Under the pieces are notes generated by a model. It did no database searches and had not been told where the DNA came from. It was given only the letters and a program-made list of their open reading frames with translations. Of a stretch of 33,106 nucleotides of DNA, positions 22,646-31,309 are shown in pieces (positions within the stretch are counted from its first letter, which is position 1; each line of letters opens with the position of its first letter). The DNA comes from Clostridiales bacterium (GTDB taxonomy: Bacteria > Bacillota > Clostridia > Christensenellales > Aristaeellaceae): positions 1 to 33,106 of the forward strand of contig JALFHA010000026.1 of NCBI GenBank assembly GCA_022776785.1, read 5' to 3'. The position numbers and the translations under genes were made by a program.

Positions 22646-24388
22646 ATGAACGCAGTCATCTATGCCCGCTATTCCTCTCACGGGCAAACAGAGCAGTCCA
22701 TCGAGGGACAGCTCCGGGATAATTACGAGTGGGCCAAGCAGCAGGGCGTCACCGTGATTGCGGAGTACATCGACAGAGCACTGACCGGAACAAAGGATGC
22801 ACGCCCGGATTTTCAGCGCATGATCGAGGATGCTTCTAAGAAGCAGTTCCAGATAATCATCGTCTGGAAGCTGGACAGATTCGCCCGTAACCGTTACGAC
22901 AGCGCCATCTACAAGGCCAAGCTCAAGAAATTCGGCGTCAAGGTCGTCTCAGTCAAGGAAAACATCACCGATAGCCCGGAGGGCATCATCCTTGAAGGTC
23001 TCCTGGAATCCATGGCCGAGTATTACTCTGCCAACCTCTCTCAGAACATCAAGCGCGGCCAGCGCGAGTGTATGGAGAACGGAACTTACTGCGGCGGTCA
23101 TGTCCCCTATGGGTATAAGATCGTAGATAGGAAGCTCGTCGCCGACGAAAAAAACGCTCCGGTTATCCGATATGTATTCGCTCAGTATGCACAGGGCATA
23201 CCGAAAAAGAAGATCATCGACGAGCTGAATAAACGCGGTGTCAGAGGAAAAAACGGAAAGCCTTTAACCATAGCAGCTTTTCAGCACGCGCTGTCCAATC
23301 CGACCTATGTTGGAAATTACGTTTACAAAGGCCAGACAATTAACGGCCTCTGTGAAAAGCTCATCGACGACGAAACCTTTGCAAAGGTGCAGGAGAGATT
23401 GAAGCTCACAGCCCGCGCGCCGGCAGCGGGAAAGGCAAAGGCGGACTATCTTCTCCAGGGCAAGGCTTTCTGCGGATACTGCGGATCACCGATGGTCGGA
23501 GAATCTGGGCGCTCAAAGAATGGTGAAATCTATTACTACTATGCCTGTGCAGCAAAGAAAAAGAAGCATACCTGCAAAAAGAAGAACGAGCGCAAGGGAT
23601 TTATCGAATGGTATATCGTCGAGCAGACAATGCAGTACATTCTCAACCCGGATCGCGCAGATCAAGTAGCCAAAGCCGTTGTTCAGGAGTATAAAAAAGA
23701 GTTTTCAGACAGCAGAATTGGCGAGCTCGAAAAGGCCATGAAGCAGATAGACCGTGAACTGGATAAACTCGTAGACGCTTTGATTGACGCCCCGAAGATT
23801 GCGCACCAGAAAATCTACTCACGAATGGAAGCGCTCGAAGCTCAGAAAGCCGAGCTCGATTCAGACCTTGCCAAGCTGCGCATCGCCCAGGAAATTCAGC
23901 TCACCGTACCAGAGGTCAAGGCGTGGCTTAAAAAATTCTGTACAGGAGACCCAACCGATGAGGAATTCAGAAAGCGAATCATCGATGTATTCATCAATTC
24001 CGTCTATCTGTACGATGACAGGATCATCGTTTTCTATAATATTCGAGGTGGAAAGCAAATTTCTTACATTGATCTCGAAAATTCTTCTGAAATTTCCGAC
24101 GATGATGCAACGTCAAATTGTTCGGATTTGAACGCACACGCTCTACTGCTTAAGATCGTTCAAGCTTCACAGCTTGAATGGTCTTTTTTTATGCTTTCTG
24201 CATATTTTCTCCATCTTCTTCTTGTTTATTCTCGCGCCCGACCCTGTCTGCGCGGGATATCTCCTCAGCCGGACCGCAAACCGGCGAACGACAGCACGGC
24301 TTTGCAATCTCCCCTGCCCAACAGCGGACGTGCGCCAGCCATTCAGGAAAAAGCTGGCAAAGCGCTTCCTCAACGCCATTCCGATTGA
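22646..24388 (+). CDS. Large serine recombinase (phage integrase); the last ~70-85 codons appear to lie in host-side DNA
   Basis: The start was trimmed to ATG 22646 (AAGGAG RBS). The sequence begins MNAVIYARYSSHGQTEQSIEGQ (catalytic Ser). It also has a resolvase domain, a recombinase domain, a Zn-ribbon (CGYCGSPM...YYYYAC) and a coiled coil. Confidence 0.9.
   Translation: MNAVIYARYSSHGQTEQSIEGQLRDNYEWAKQQGVTVIAEYIDRALTGTKDARPDFQRMIEDASKKQFQIIIVWKLDRFARNRYDSAIYKAKLKKFGVKVVSVKENITDSPEGIILEGLLESMAEYYSANLSQNIKRGQRECMENGTYCGGHVPYGYKIVDRKLVADEKNAPVIRYVFAQYAQGIPKKKIIDELNKRGVRGKNGKPLTIAAFQHALSNPTYVGNYVYKGQTINGLCEKLIDDETFAKVQERLKLTARAPAAGKAKADYLLQGKAFCGYCGSPMVGESGRSKNGEIYYYYACAAKKKKHTCKKKNERKGFIEWYIVEQTMQYILNPDRADQVAKAVVQEYKKEFSDSRIGELEKAMKQIDRELDKLVDALIDAPKIAHQKIYSRMEALEAQKAELDSDLAKLRIAQEIQLTVPEVKAWLKKFCTGDPTDEEFRKRIIDVFINSVYLYDDRIIVFYNIRGGKQISYIDLENSSEISDDDATSNCSDLNAHALLLKIVQASQLEWSFFMLSAYFLHLLLVYSRARPCLRGISPQPDRKPANDSTALQSPLPNSGRAPAIQEKAGKALPQRHSD
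24159..24190 (+). terminator. Intrinsic terminator (TTCAAGCT-TCAC-AGCTTGAA, then TGGTCTTTTTTT) lying inside the recombinase reading frame
   Basis: Read directly: an 8-bp stem, a 4-nt loop and a T7 run at 24184-24190. Confidence 0.6.
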
Positions 24389-24414
24389 CGTCATCGTGCG
24401 CATTATGGTAAAAT
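24385..24414 (+). promoter_or_regulatory. Sigma-A-type promoter (TTGACG, 18-nt spacer, TGgTAAAAT)
   Basis: The -35 is at 24385-24390 and the -10 at 24409-24414, about 40 nt upstream of the 24455 ORF. Confidence 0.5.
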
Positions 24415-24454
24415 TCCAATATGCTACCTATAGAAAGAAGGAGGCCGATCAACA

Positions 24455-24712
24455 GTGAGTATTCTGCCCATCGTTCTGCTCGCCATCATCGCCTTTCTCG
24501 TCGTATGCATGTTCTTCGCTGCGGGCAACAGCCATGCCTCCAGCGATGATATATTCCCGTCCCCTCCTCCGCCGCCAGCACCTCGGCATCGATCCCCGTC
24601 CCTGTTCTTTGAGACGGACTGGATCGGCAAGCGGAATCACCGTCACGACGCCGCCATGGAGCGCCATCGCGCCGCCTCCCGAAGCAGTAACGACCACGAA
24701 TTCCCCCTGTAA
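24455..24712 (+). CDS. Small membrane protein (one TM helix plus a Pro/Arg-rich tail)
   Basis: The GTG start has a GAAGGAGG RBS ending 9 nt upstream. The N-terminus is ILPIVLLAIIAFLVVCMFFAA. Confidence 0.5.
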   Translation: MSILPIVLLAIIAFLVVCMFFAAGNSHASSDDIFPSPPPPPAPRHRSPSLFFETDWIGKRNHRHDAAMERHRAASRSSNDHEFPL

Positions 24713-24827
24713 CGCTCCGGAATCATTCCGTCAAAACCGGCATGATGCCGATTGCATACCGACGGAGTGATAGAAGTCCCGCTGCTTTACGACCGAGGCC
24801 GGAGCCTTACAGAAGGGTTTTCACAGT

Positions 24828-24858
24828 AAAGCACGCCAATGCACGCGTGCTTTTTTCT
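24828..24858 (+). terminator. Intrinsic terminator (AAAGCACGC-CAATGCAC-GCGTGCTTT followed by TTTCTTG)
   Basis: Read directly: the stem is 24828-24836 paired with 24845-24853, and the T-run is 24851-24856. Confidence 0.6.
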
Positions 24859-24936
24859 TGCTCCCGTCATACAAGGTTCATGTGGCTCAGCCCATGAAAA
24901 AGGCCGCCTTGCATCAATCAAAGCAGCATAGCCAAT

Positions 24937-24964
24937 CATCATGCAGCCAAGAGGCTGCATGATG
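24937..24964 (-). terminator. Perfect 12-bp hairpin (CATCATGCAGCC-AAGA-GGCTGCATGATG) 30 nt downstream of the 55-aa minus-strand ORF
   Basis: Read directly. The flanking sequence is only moderately T-rich on either strand, so terminator function is uncertain. Confidence 0.4.
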
Positions 24965-24993
24965 CGTCCATTTTCTTGCAATTTCTACCGTTC

Positions 24994-25161
24994 TTACCCG
25001 TCCTCCATGCTGTGAATCGCCGCATCCAGCGCGGCAATCGAATGAATGGCCTGCTGGCGTACCAGCAGCTGACGGCGGACCTGCTGCGGCGCGCCGGCAT
25101 ACAGGCGCCGCGCGTTCGAGTCGCTCTCCAGCAGCGCATAGAGATTGGGATACAGCTTCAC
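24994..25161 (-). CDS. Unlisted 55-aa ORF (VKLYPNLYALLESDSNARRLYAGAPQQVRRQLLVRQQAIHSIAALDAAIHSMEDG)
   Basis: The GTG start is 6 nt after GGAGGTGA. Third codon positions are GC-rich. It resembles small helical proteins common in Clostridia. It is below the track cutoff. Confidence 0.45.
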   Translation of the reverse strand: MKLYPNLYALLESDSNARRLYAGAPQQVRRQLLVRQQAIHSIAALDAAIHSMEDG

Positions 25162-25210
25162 AAGCGTCACCTCCAGCCTCTAGCTTGCGCGCTAAAAGCC
25201 GCGCTTATGC

Positions 25211-25240
25211 TTGACGCTGCCTGACAGGCGGGATTATAAT
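25211..25240 (+). promoter_or_regulatory. Sigma-A-type promoter for recQ (TTGACG, 18-nt spacer, TATAAT)
   Basis: The -35 is at 25211-25216 and the -10 at 25235-25240. This places the tracked ATG 25239 inside the -10 and favours ATG 25269. Confidence 0.6.
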
Positions 25241-25268
25241 GGTCGAAAACGGCGCTTGGGAGGAAGGC

Positions 25269-27095
25269 ATGACGGCAATGGAGGCAGCGCGCAAGGCGCT
25301 ACAGGACGTATTCGGCTACGACCAGTTCAGGCCGGGTCAGGAGGACGTCATCGCGGCGATACTCAGCGGGCGCGACGTCATGGCCGTCATGCCCACGGGC
25401 GCGGGCAAATCGCTGTGCTACCAGATTCCGGGGCTTGTTCTGCCAGGTGTCACGCTCGTCGTGTCGCCGCTCATCTCGCTGATGCGCGATCAGGTGACGG
25501 CGCTGCTGCAAAACGGCGTGCGCGCCGCCTACCTCAATAGCTCGCTGACCGCGCGGCAGTTCTCCCTCGCCCTGCAAAACGCTCGGCAGGGCGTCTACAG
25601 AATCGTCTACGTCGCGCCCGAGCGGCTGATGACCGACGCCTTCCTCAGCTTTGCGCGCGGCGCGCAGATTGCACAGGTCGTCGTCGATGAGGCGCACTGC
25701 GTCAGCCAGTGGGGGCAGGATTTCCGCCCCGGCTACCTGCAAATCGCGCCGTTCCTCGCCGCCCTGCCCGCCCGTCCGCGCGTCAGCGCCTTCACTGCGA
25801 CGGCCACGGATGCCGTCCGTCAGGACATCAAGCGCCTGCTTAACCTGCGCCAGCCCTTTGAGATCACCACGGGCTTTGACCGGCCCAACCTCTATTTTGA
25901 GGTTCGCCATCCCAGGGACAGGGACGCGGAGCTGCTTCGCTTTCTTTCGGAGCATCAGGGGCAGAGCGGCATCGTCTACTGCGGCACGCGAAAGGGCGTG
26001 GAGGAGGTCGCGCGGATGCTGCGCCAGAACGGCGTGGATGCGGTCGGCTACCATGCGGGTATGCCCGACGAGGAGCGCCGCCGCGCGCAGGAGGACTTCG
26101 TCGCCGACATCTCCCCCGTCATCGTGGCGACAAACGCCTTCGGCATGGGCATTGACAAGTCGAACGTCTCCTTCGTCGCGCACTACAACATGCCCAAGGA
26201 TCTGGAGAGCTATTATCAGGAGGCGGGCCGCGCCGGACGCGACGGCGAGGATGCGGTCTGCTGCCTGCTCTATCAGCCCGCAGACGTGCGGCTGAACACC
26301 TTTCTCATCGAGCACGCGCAGGACGAAAGCGAAATGGACGAGCAGACGCGGCAGGTTGTCGCCGACCGCGCCCGCGAGCGTCTCAAGCAAATGACCTTTT
26401 ACGCGACGGGCCACGGCTGCCTGCGCGCGCGGATCCTCAGCTACTTCGGCGAGAAGCCGGAATCGCCGCACTGCAACAACTGCTCCGGCTGCCTCGCCGG
26501 CGCCAGCGAGCGCGACGTGACGGTTCAGGCCGGGCAGATCGTCGCGGCCGTCATCGCCATGCAGGGGCGCTACGGCAAGGCGCTGACGGCGAAGGTGCTC
26601 GTCGGCGCGCGTGATGAGCGCATCCGCGCGCGCGGGCTTGATAAGCTCTCCGCTTTTGGCTGCCTGCACGCTGAGGGCGAGGACAATGTGCGCCGGATGA
26701 TCGACGAGCTCATCGCTGACGACGTGCTGATGGTGACGGAGGGCGAATATCCCCTGCTGCGCGCAGGCGCACGCGCTGCCGAAACGCTGCGCGGCGACGA
26801 GCCCATACACATGACGCTGCCCGCGCCGGGCAGCGCGCAGGAGGCTCGCACCCGCCGCAGCGCCAGCGTGGACAGGGCGCTGCTTTCCCGGCTCACAGCC
26901 GTGCGCCGGCGCATCGCCGAGGAGCAGCATGTGCCGCCGTTCGTCATCTTCACCAACGCCACGCTGCGCGACATGGCGGATAAGCGGCCCCGCACGCGCG
27001 CGGCGATGCTGCGGGTGGCCGGCGTAGGCGAGCGCAAGCTCGAGCGCTACGGCGAGACCTTTCTTCGGGAGATTGAAGCCTATGTCAACGACTGA
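25269..27095 (+). CDS. recQ: ATP-dependent DNA helicase RecQ
   Basis: Motifs include FGYDQFRPGQ, MPTGAGKSLCYQ, a DEAH box (VVDEAHCVSQWGQDFRP), TATAT and a Zn-binding CNNCSGC. The C-terminus has an HRDC domain (LRDMADKRPRTRAAMLRVAGVGERKLERYG). Confidence 0.93.
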   Translation: MTAMEAARKALQDVFGYDQFRPGQEDVIAAILSGRDVMAVMPTGAGKSLCYQIPGLVLPGVTLVVSPLISLMRDQVTALLQNGVRAAYLNSSLTARQFSLALQNARQGVYRIVYVAPERLMTDAFLSFARGAQIAQVVVDEAHCVSQWGQDFRPGYLQIAPFLAALPARPRVSAFTATATDAVRQDIKRLLNLRQPFEITTGFDRPNLYFEVRHPRDRDAELLRFLSEHQGQSGIVYCGTRKGVEEVARMLRQNGVDAVGYHAGMPDEERRRAQEDFVADISPVIVATNAFGMGIDKSNVSFVAHYNMPKDLESYYQEAGRAGRDGEDAVCCLLYQPADVRLNTFLIEHAQDESEMDEQTRQVVADRARERLKQMTFYATGHGCLRARILSYFGEKPESPHCNNCSGCLAGASERDVTVQAGQIVAAVIAMQGRYGKALTAKVLVGARDERIRARGLDKLSAFGCLHAEGEDNVRRMIDELIADDVLMVTEGEYPLLRAGARAAETLRGDEPIHMTLPAPGSAQEARTRRSASVDRALLSRLTAVRRRIAEEQHVPPFVIFTNATLRDMADKRPRTRAAMLRVAGVGERKLERYGETFLREIEAYVND

Positions 27096-28566
27096 TTGCC
27101 TTGCCGCACGGCGCGCCCGGCTGCGCGAAGGAGCGGCGACGCTCCTTGTCTGCCTGCTGGCGAGCGCGGCTCTGCTGCTCCTGTGCACGCAGAGCTCGCC
27201 GCTCTATCCGACCAACACCTGGGCGGACGCCAACTGCCTGCTGACCGTCGGACGCGTCATGCGTGCGGGCGGCGTGCTCTACCGCGACATCTACGAGCAG
27301 AAGGGGCCGACACTCTACCTGCTCCACGCGCTGGCCGCGTGTATCAGCGATTCGAGCTTTCTCGGCGTGTTCATTCTGGAGGTGCTCAGCCTGACGGCAG
27401 CGCTGGCCGCGGCGTGCCGCCTGCTGCGCAGGCGTCTGTCCCTGCCGCTGTCGCTGGCGGGCGGCGTGCTGCTGGGCGCGGCGATGCTCGTCTCCTCCGC
27501 CTTCGCGCAGGGGGACAGCGCAGAAGAATTCTGCCTGCCGCTGCTGCTGGGCGCACTGCTGATCGCTGCAAGCGAATATGAGCGCGACGCCGGGCCGATG
27601 CGCCCGTCGCGTCTGCTTGTCTGCGGGCTGCTGGCAGGCGGCGTGGCGACGATCAAGTACACGATGCTCGGGCAGTTCATCGGTCTGTGCGCCGTGGAGG
27701 GCGTGCTTGCGCTGCGCCACGGCGGCTTCATGCGCGCGCTTCGCAGTGCCGGGGCGTTTCTCGTCGGCATGGCCGCGCCCATCGCGCTGTGGATCGCCTA
27801 CTTCGCTGCCAACGGTGCGCTGGGCGACGCCTTCACGGCCTATATCGTCAACAACACGACGCTCTACGACGGCGGCAGCAACAGCATGGACTGGGCCTCC
27901 CTGCCCGGCTACCTGCGCAGCAACGCGCTGTGGATCCTGCCCGCTGCGCTGGGGCTCCTGCACATGGCGCTCCGGCGGGAGCTTTCGCTTGCCGAGCGCG
28001 CAGCCATGCTGGCTATGGCGGCAGGTCAACTCGTGGCTATCTGCTTTTTGGGGCGCGTATGGCCGTACTGCCCGCTGGCGCTGAGCGTGTTTGCCGTCTT
28101 TGGTTTCAGCGCCCTGCTGGCATGGTGCGCGCGCCTCGGGCGATGGTTTTCCCGCGCTGCGCTGCCCCTGTCCGCCGCCACTGCGCTGGTGCTGGCTGTT
28201 TTCGCCAGCCCGAACGTATCCGTACGCGGCGTCCCCTATGAGGATACGGCGCAGGCACGGCTGGCGCGCTATATCGAGCCGGGCGCGACGCTGCTGCAAT
28301 ACAGCCATCTGGATGACGGGCTGTATCTCGCCGCAGGCACGCTGCCGAAGGAGAAGTATTTCGTCCGGCTAAACGTCAAGCTGCCCGAGATGCAGGAGGA
28401 GCTTGACCGCTATGTGGAGCAAGCCCTGCCAGACTATGTGCTGATCTCCTGGCGGCCCCTGCCCGAGCGCTTTGACCGCTATCAGCTCATCGCCACGGAT
28501 GCAGGCTATGACGATTCGGGCCGCATTAACAAGATGCTGTACTTATATAGAAGGAAAAGCCCATGA
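27082..28566 (+). CDS. Polytopic membrane glycosyltransferase, GT39/ArnT-like
   Basis: It contains SPLYPTNTWADANCLLTVGRVMRAGGVLYRDIYEQKGPTLYLLHA, many TM helices and a soluble C-terminal domain. ATG 27082 was preferred over the tracked TTG 27073. Confidence 0.7.
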   Translation: MSTTDCLAARRARLREGAATLLVCLLASAALLLLCTQSSPLYPTNTWADANCLLTVGRVMRAGGVLYRDIYEQKGPTLYLLHALAACISDSSFLGVFILEVLSLTAALAAACRLLRRRLSLPLSLAGGVLLGAAMLVSSAFAQGDSAEEFCLPLLLGALLIAASEYERDAGPMRPSRLLVCGLLAGGVATIKYTMLGQFIGLCAVEGVLALRHGGFMRALRSAGAFLVGMAAPIALWIAYFAANGALGDAFTAYIVNNTTLYDGGSNSMDWASLPGYLRSNALWILPAALGLLHMALRRELSLAERAAMLAMAAGQLVAICFLGRVWPYCPLALSVFAVFGFSALLAWCARLGRWFSRAALPLSAATALVLAVFASPNVSVRGVPYEDTAQARLARYIEPGATLLQYSHLDDGLYLAAGTLPKEKYFVRLNVKLPEMQEELDRYVEQALPDYVLISWRPLPERFDRYQLIATDAGYDDSGRINKMLYLYRRKSP

Positions 28567-28616
28567 TGCACGCCGCACGGCGGGATGCAATGGGCTGAGG
28601 GAGGTTACCGGCGAAT

Positions 28617-29690
28617 ATGGACATGGATACCGTCATCGACGCGGCGCGCCTGCGCCGCTTTATGGAGCGCGCTTATCGAGCGGAGGGCTTTTCAGGCGAT
28701 GAAGCTGCGCAAATTGCCGATGTGCTGATGCAGGCCGACCTGTTCGGCATCGAAAGCCACGGGGCACAGCGCATGATGTACTATCACAGGAATATCGCCT
28801 CGGGCAGCGTCGCCATCGGCGCGCAGCCGGAGGTGCTGCGGGAGACGCCCGTCTCCGCGCTGATGGACGGCCACTTCGCCATGGGGCAGCTTACCGCGCG
28901 CAGAGCGATGGGGCTGGCGATCGAAAAGGCCAAAAAAAGCGGCGTCGGCATGGTCGCCGTGCGCAATTCCTCGCACTACGGTATTGCAGGCTACTACACG
29001 CTGATGGCCGAGCGAGAGGGGCTGGCCTCCTTCTCGATGACAAACACCGGGCCGATCATGACCCCGACCTTCGGACGGGAGATGATGCTGGGCACCAACC
29101 CGCTGGCCTTCTGCATGCCCGCCGACCCCGTGCCCTTCTGGTTTGACGCCTCCACGACGGTGGTGACGCTGGGCAAGGTGGAGGTTTATGCCAAGCGCGG
29201 CAAGCCCATGCCCGAGGGCTGGACGATCGACGCGGATGGCCGCACCTGCACCGATGCGCAGAGGATGAACCGTTCCATTCTCGCGGGCGAGCCGGGCGGC
29301 GTGCTGCCGCTGGGCGGCGAGGGCGAGACGCACAGCGGCCACAAGGGCTACGGGCTGGCACTGATGGTCGAGGCGCTCACCGGCGTGCTGGCACAGGGGC
29401 TGATGGCCCCGGAGATGTGCGGCGCACACGGCGACCATACGAGCCACTTCTTCCTCGCCTTCGATCCGGGGCTGTTCGGCGACGCGCAGGCCATCCGCGC
29501 GCAGATGAGCCGCTATCTGGCGATGCTGCGCGCCAGTGCGCCCGCGCCAGGACAGGCGCGCATCTACACCCACGGCGAGAAGGCGTTTGAGGCGCAGGCT
29601 CTCCGCCTGCGCGAGGGCGTGCCCGTGGAGGCCAACACACTGCGCGAGCTTGATGAAATTGCCGCCGAGCTGGGCATCGGGAGCGTGTGA
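28617..29690 (+). CDS. Ldh_2 family (malate/L-lactate/sulfolactate-type) dehydrogenase
   Basis: Motifs include GIESHGAQRMMYY, VAVRNSSHYGIAGYY, GTNPLAF and HKGYGLAL. Confidence 0.85.
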   Translation: MDMDTVIDAARLRRFMERAYRAEGFSGDEAAQIADVLMQADLFGIESHGAQRMMYYHRNIASGSVAIGAQPEVLRETPVSALMDGHFAMGQLTARRAMGLAIEKAKKSGVGMVAVRNSSHYGIAGYYTLMAEREGLASFSMTNTGPIMTPTFGREMMLGTNPLAFCMPADPVPFWFDASTTVVTLGKVEVYAKRGKPMPEGWTIDADGRTCTDAQRMNRSILAGEPGGVLPLGGEGETHSGHKGYGLALMVEALTGVLAQGLMAPEMCGAHGDHTSHFFLAFDPGLFGDAQAIRAQMSRYLAMLRASAPAPGQARIYTHGEKAFEAQALRLREGVPVEANTLRELDEIAAELGIGSV

Positions 29691-29692
29691 CG

Positions 29693-31009
29693 ATGAAGAA
29701 AATGACACAGGGCAGCATCGTGCGCCACCTGCTCGCCTATGCGCTGCCGCTGATCCTGGGCAACTTCTTTCAGCTCACCTACAACGCAGTGGACTCCATC
29801 ATCATCGGCAAATTCGCGGGTGAGGGTGCGCTAGCGGCAGTCAGCGCCTCCAACCCCGTGATGACGATTGTCATCCTCGGCGTGTCCGGCATCTCCATCG
29901 GCGCATCGGTGCTCATGAGCCGCTTCTTCGGCGCAGGCGACGAGGACGCTCTTCGCCGGGAGGTCGCCACCACCATCCTCTTCGGCGGGGCGCTGTCGCT
30001 GGCAGTCTTTGCGCTGGGCGTGCCGCTGGCGCTGCCGATTCTTCGCCTGATGAGCGTGCCGCAGGAGATTCTGCCGATGGCGGGCACCTATCTGCGCATC
30101 ATCTTCGTGGGCTTCCTGTTCACCTTCCAATACAACATCCTCGCCGCAGCGCTACGCAGCGTAGGCGATTCCCGCACGCCGGTGATCTTTCTGGCGCTGG
30201 CCTCCGTGCTCAACGGCACGCTCGACGCGGTGTTCATCGCCGGGTTGCGCTGGGGCGTCGCCGGGGCAGGGCTGGCGACGGTCATCGCCGAGGCCGTCAG
30301 CGCGCTGCTGTGCCTTGTCTACATGCGCAGGCGCGTGCCGCTGCTGCGCCTGCGTCTGTCTGAGCTGCGCATCGACCGGGCGCTGCTTTCCGAAACCGTG
30401 CGCAGCGGCTCCATCACCGCGCTTCAGCAGGCGTGCCAGCCCGTGGGCAAGCTGCTCATCCAGCGGGCCATCAACGCGCAGGGCGTGGGCATGATTGCGG
30501 CCTTCAACGCCGTCAGCCGCGTGGACGACTTCGCCTGCATCCCGGAGCAGAGCATCTCCTCGGGCATGATGACCTGCGTGGCGCAGAACCGCGGCGCAGG
30601 GCAGACGGAGCGCGTGCGCGAGACGCTGCGGCGCGGCATGGCGCTGGAGCTTTGCTACGGCGTGCTCATCTGCATCGTGACGCTGCTGGGCAAAACGCCC
30701 GTCATGCGCCTGTTCGCCGCGCAGGACAGCGAGCAGATGGTCGTCATGGGCGTGGATTACCTGACGTGGATGGCGTTTTTCTACCTGCTGCCGGGGCTCA
30801 CCAACGGCATACAGGGCTACTTCCGCGGCATGGGCGAGATGAAGACGACGCTCATCGCCACGGCGATTCAGATCAGCGTGCGCACGCTTGTGGTCTACCT
30901 GCTCGTGCCGCGCGCTGGGCTGACAGCCGCGGCGTGGGCCTGCGCCGTCGGCTGGGCATGTATGCTGGTGTATACGGGACTGCGGTACCGGGCGCTGCGT
31001 GACAGGTGA
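29693..31009 (+). CDS. MATE family efflux transporter
   Basis: The N-terminus GSIVRHLLAYALPLILGNFFQLTYNAVDSIIIGKFAGEGALAAVS fits the family, with about 12 TM segments. ATG 29693 was preferred over the tracked GTG 29687. Confidence 0.88.
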   Translation: MKKMTQGSIVRHLLAYALPLILGNFFQLTYNAVDSIIIGKFAGEGALAAVSASNPVMTIVILGVSGISIGASVLMSRFFGAGDEDALRREVATTILFGGALSLAVFALGVPLALPILRLMSVPQEILPMAGTYLRIIFVGFLFTFQYNILAAALRSVGDSRTPVIFLALASVLNGTLDAVFIAGLRWGVAGAGLATVIAEAVSALLCLVYMRRRVPLLRLRLSELRIDRALLSETVRSGSITALQQACQPVGKLLIQRAINAQGVGMIAAFNAVSRVDDFACIPEQSISSGMMTCVAQNRGAGQTERVRETLRRGMALELCYGVLICIVTLLGKTPVMRLFAAQDSEQMVVMGVDYLTWMAFFYLLPGLTNGIQGYFRGMGEMKTTLIATAIQISVRTLVVYLLVPRAGLTAAAWACAVGWACMLVYTGLRYRALRDR

Positions 31010-31024
31010 TAATGGCAATAAAAC

Positions 31025-31073
31025 GAAGCCTGTGTCAGGGGGAAAATGGGTTCTTTCCCCGTGCACAGGCTTC
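31025..31073 (+). terminator. Long composite hairpin downstream of the MATE gene (GAAGCCTGTG...GGGGAAA/TTTCCCC...CACAGGCTTC)
   Basis: Read directly. It is followed by ATTTATG, which is only a weak T-tract. Confidence 0.45.
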
Positions 31074-31190
31074 ATTTATGGGCGTCTCATGCTGTTCTGC
31101 GCCTAAACCATTGCTTTGCAGGATTCCCCGTCAGGTAACGCTTCGCTCCCTGACTGCTTTTGCATCATTGCTTCGCAATAGCTGAATACG

Positions 31191-31254
31191 TTGGGCTGCC
31201 GCCCAAACCCGCTTGGGGCTCTGCCCCAAACCCTGCAAGGGATTTCATCCCTTG
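31191..31254. repeat. Three consecutive short GC-rich hairpins (TTGGGC-TGCC-GCCCAA; TTGGGGC-TCT-GCCCCAA; CAAGGGAT-TTC-ATCCCTTG) joined by AAACCC spacers, REP-like
   Basis: Read directly at 31191-31206, 31213-31229 and 31236-31254, in the convergent MATE/glmS intergenic region. Confidence 0.5.
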
Positions 31255-31309
31255 ACCCTTCTACGCTTCGCTCTTATGTTCAAGCCACTAGACGCTAAAC
31301 AGTATCAGC

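Larger units (their letters stand above)
1..24170. mobile_element. Integrated lambda-architecture prophage (right-hand part). The left end is beyond the window, and the right boundary is approximate at about 24,130-24,200.
   Basis: There is a contiguous block of phage head, tail, replication and lysogeny genes ending in a large serine recombinase. Composition and gene content change to host housekeeping genes after ~24.2 kb. Confidence 0.85.

Noticed and set aside
24174-24458. ORFs on both strands at the prophage/host junction (24174-24458 +, 24178-24411 +, 24189-24452 -, 24167-24403 -) as the host gene disrupted by integration
   Set aside because: None shows a recognisable family, convincing codon bias or an RBS. 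I cannot tell which, if any, is a remnant of the target gene, so this is left as an open question under the attR finding.
25299-31075. Long minus-strand ORFs opposite recQ, the GT39-like gene, the Ldh_2 gene and the MATE gene (25299-27188, 27085-28308, 28692-29708, 30152-31075)
   Set aside because: They are antisense shadows of clearly identifiable plus-strand host genes, and their translations are Arg/Gly/Ala-rich.
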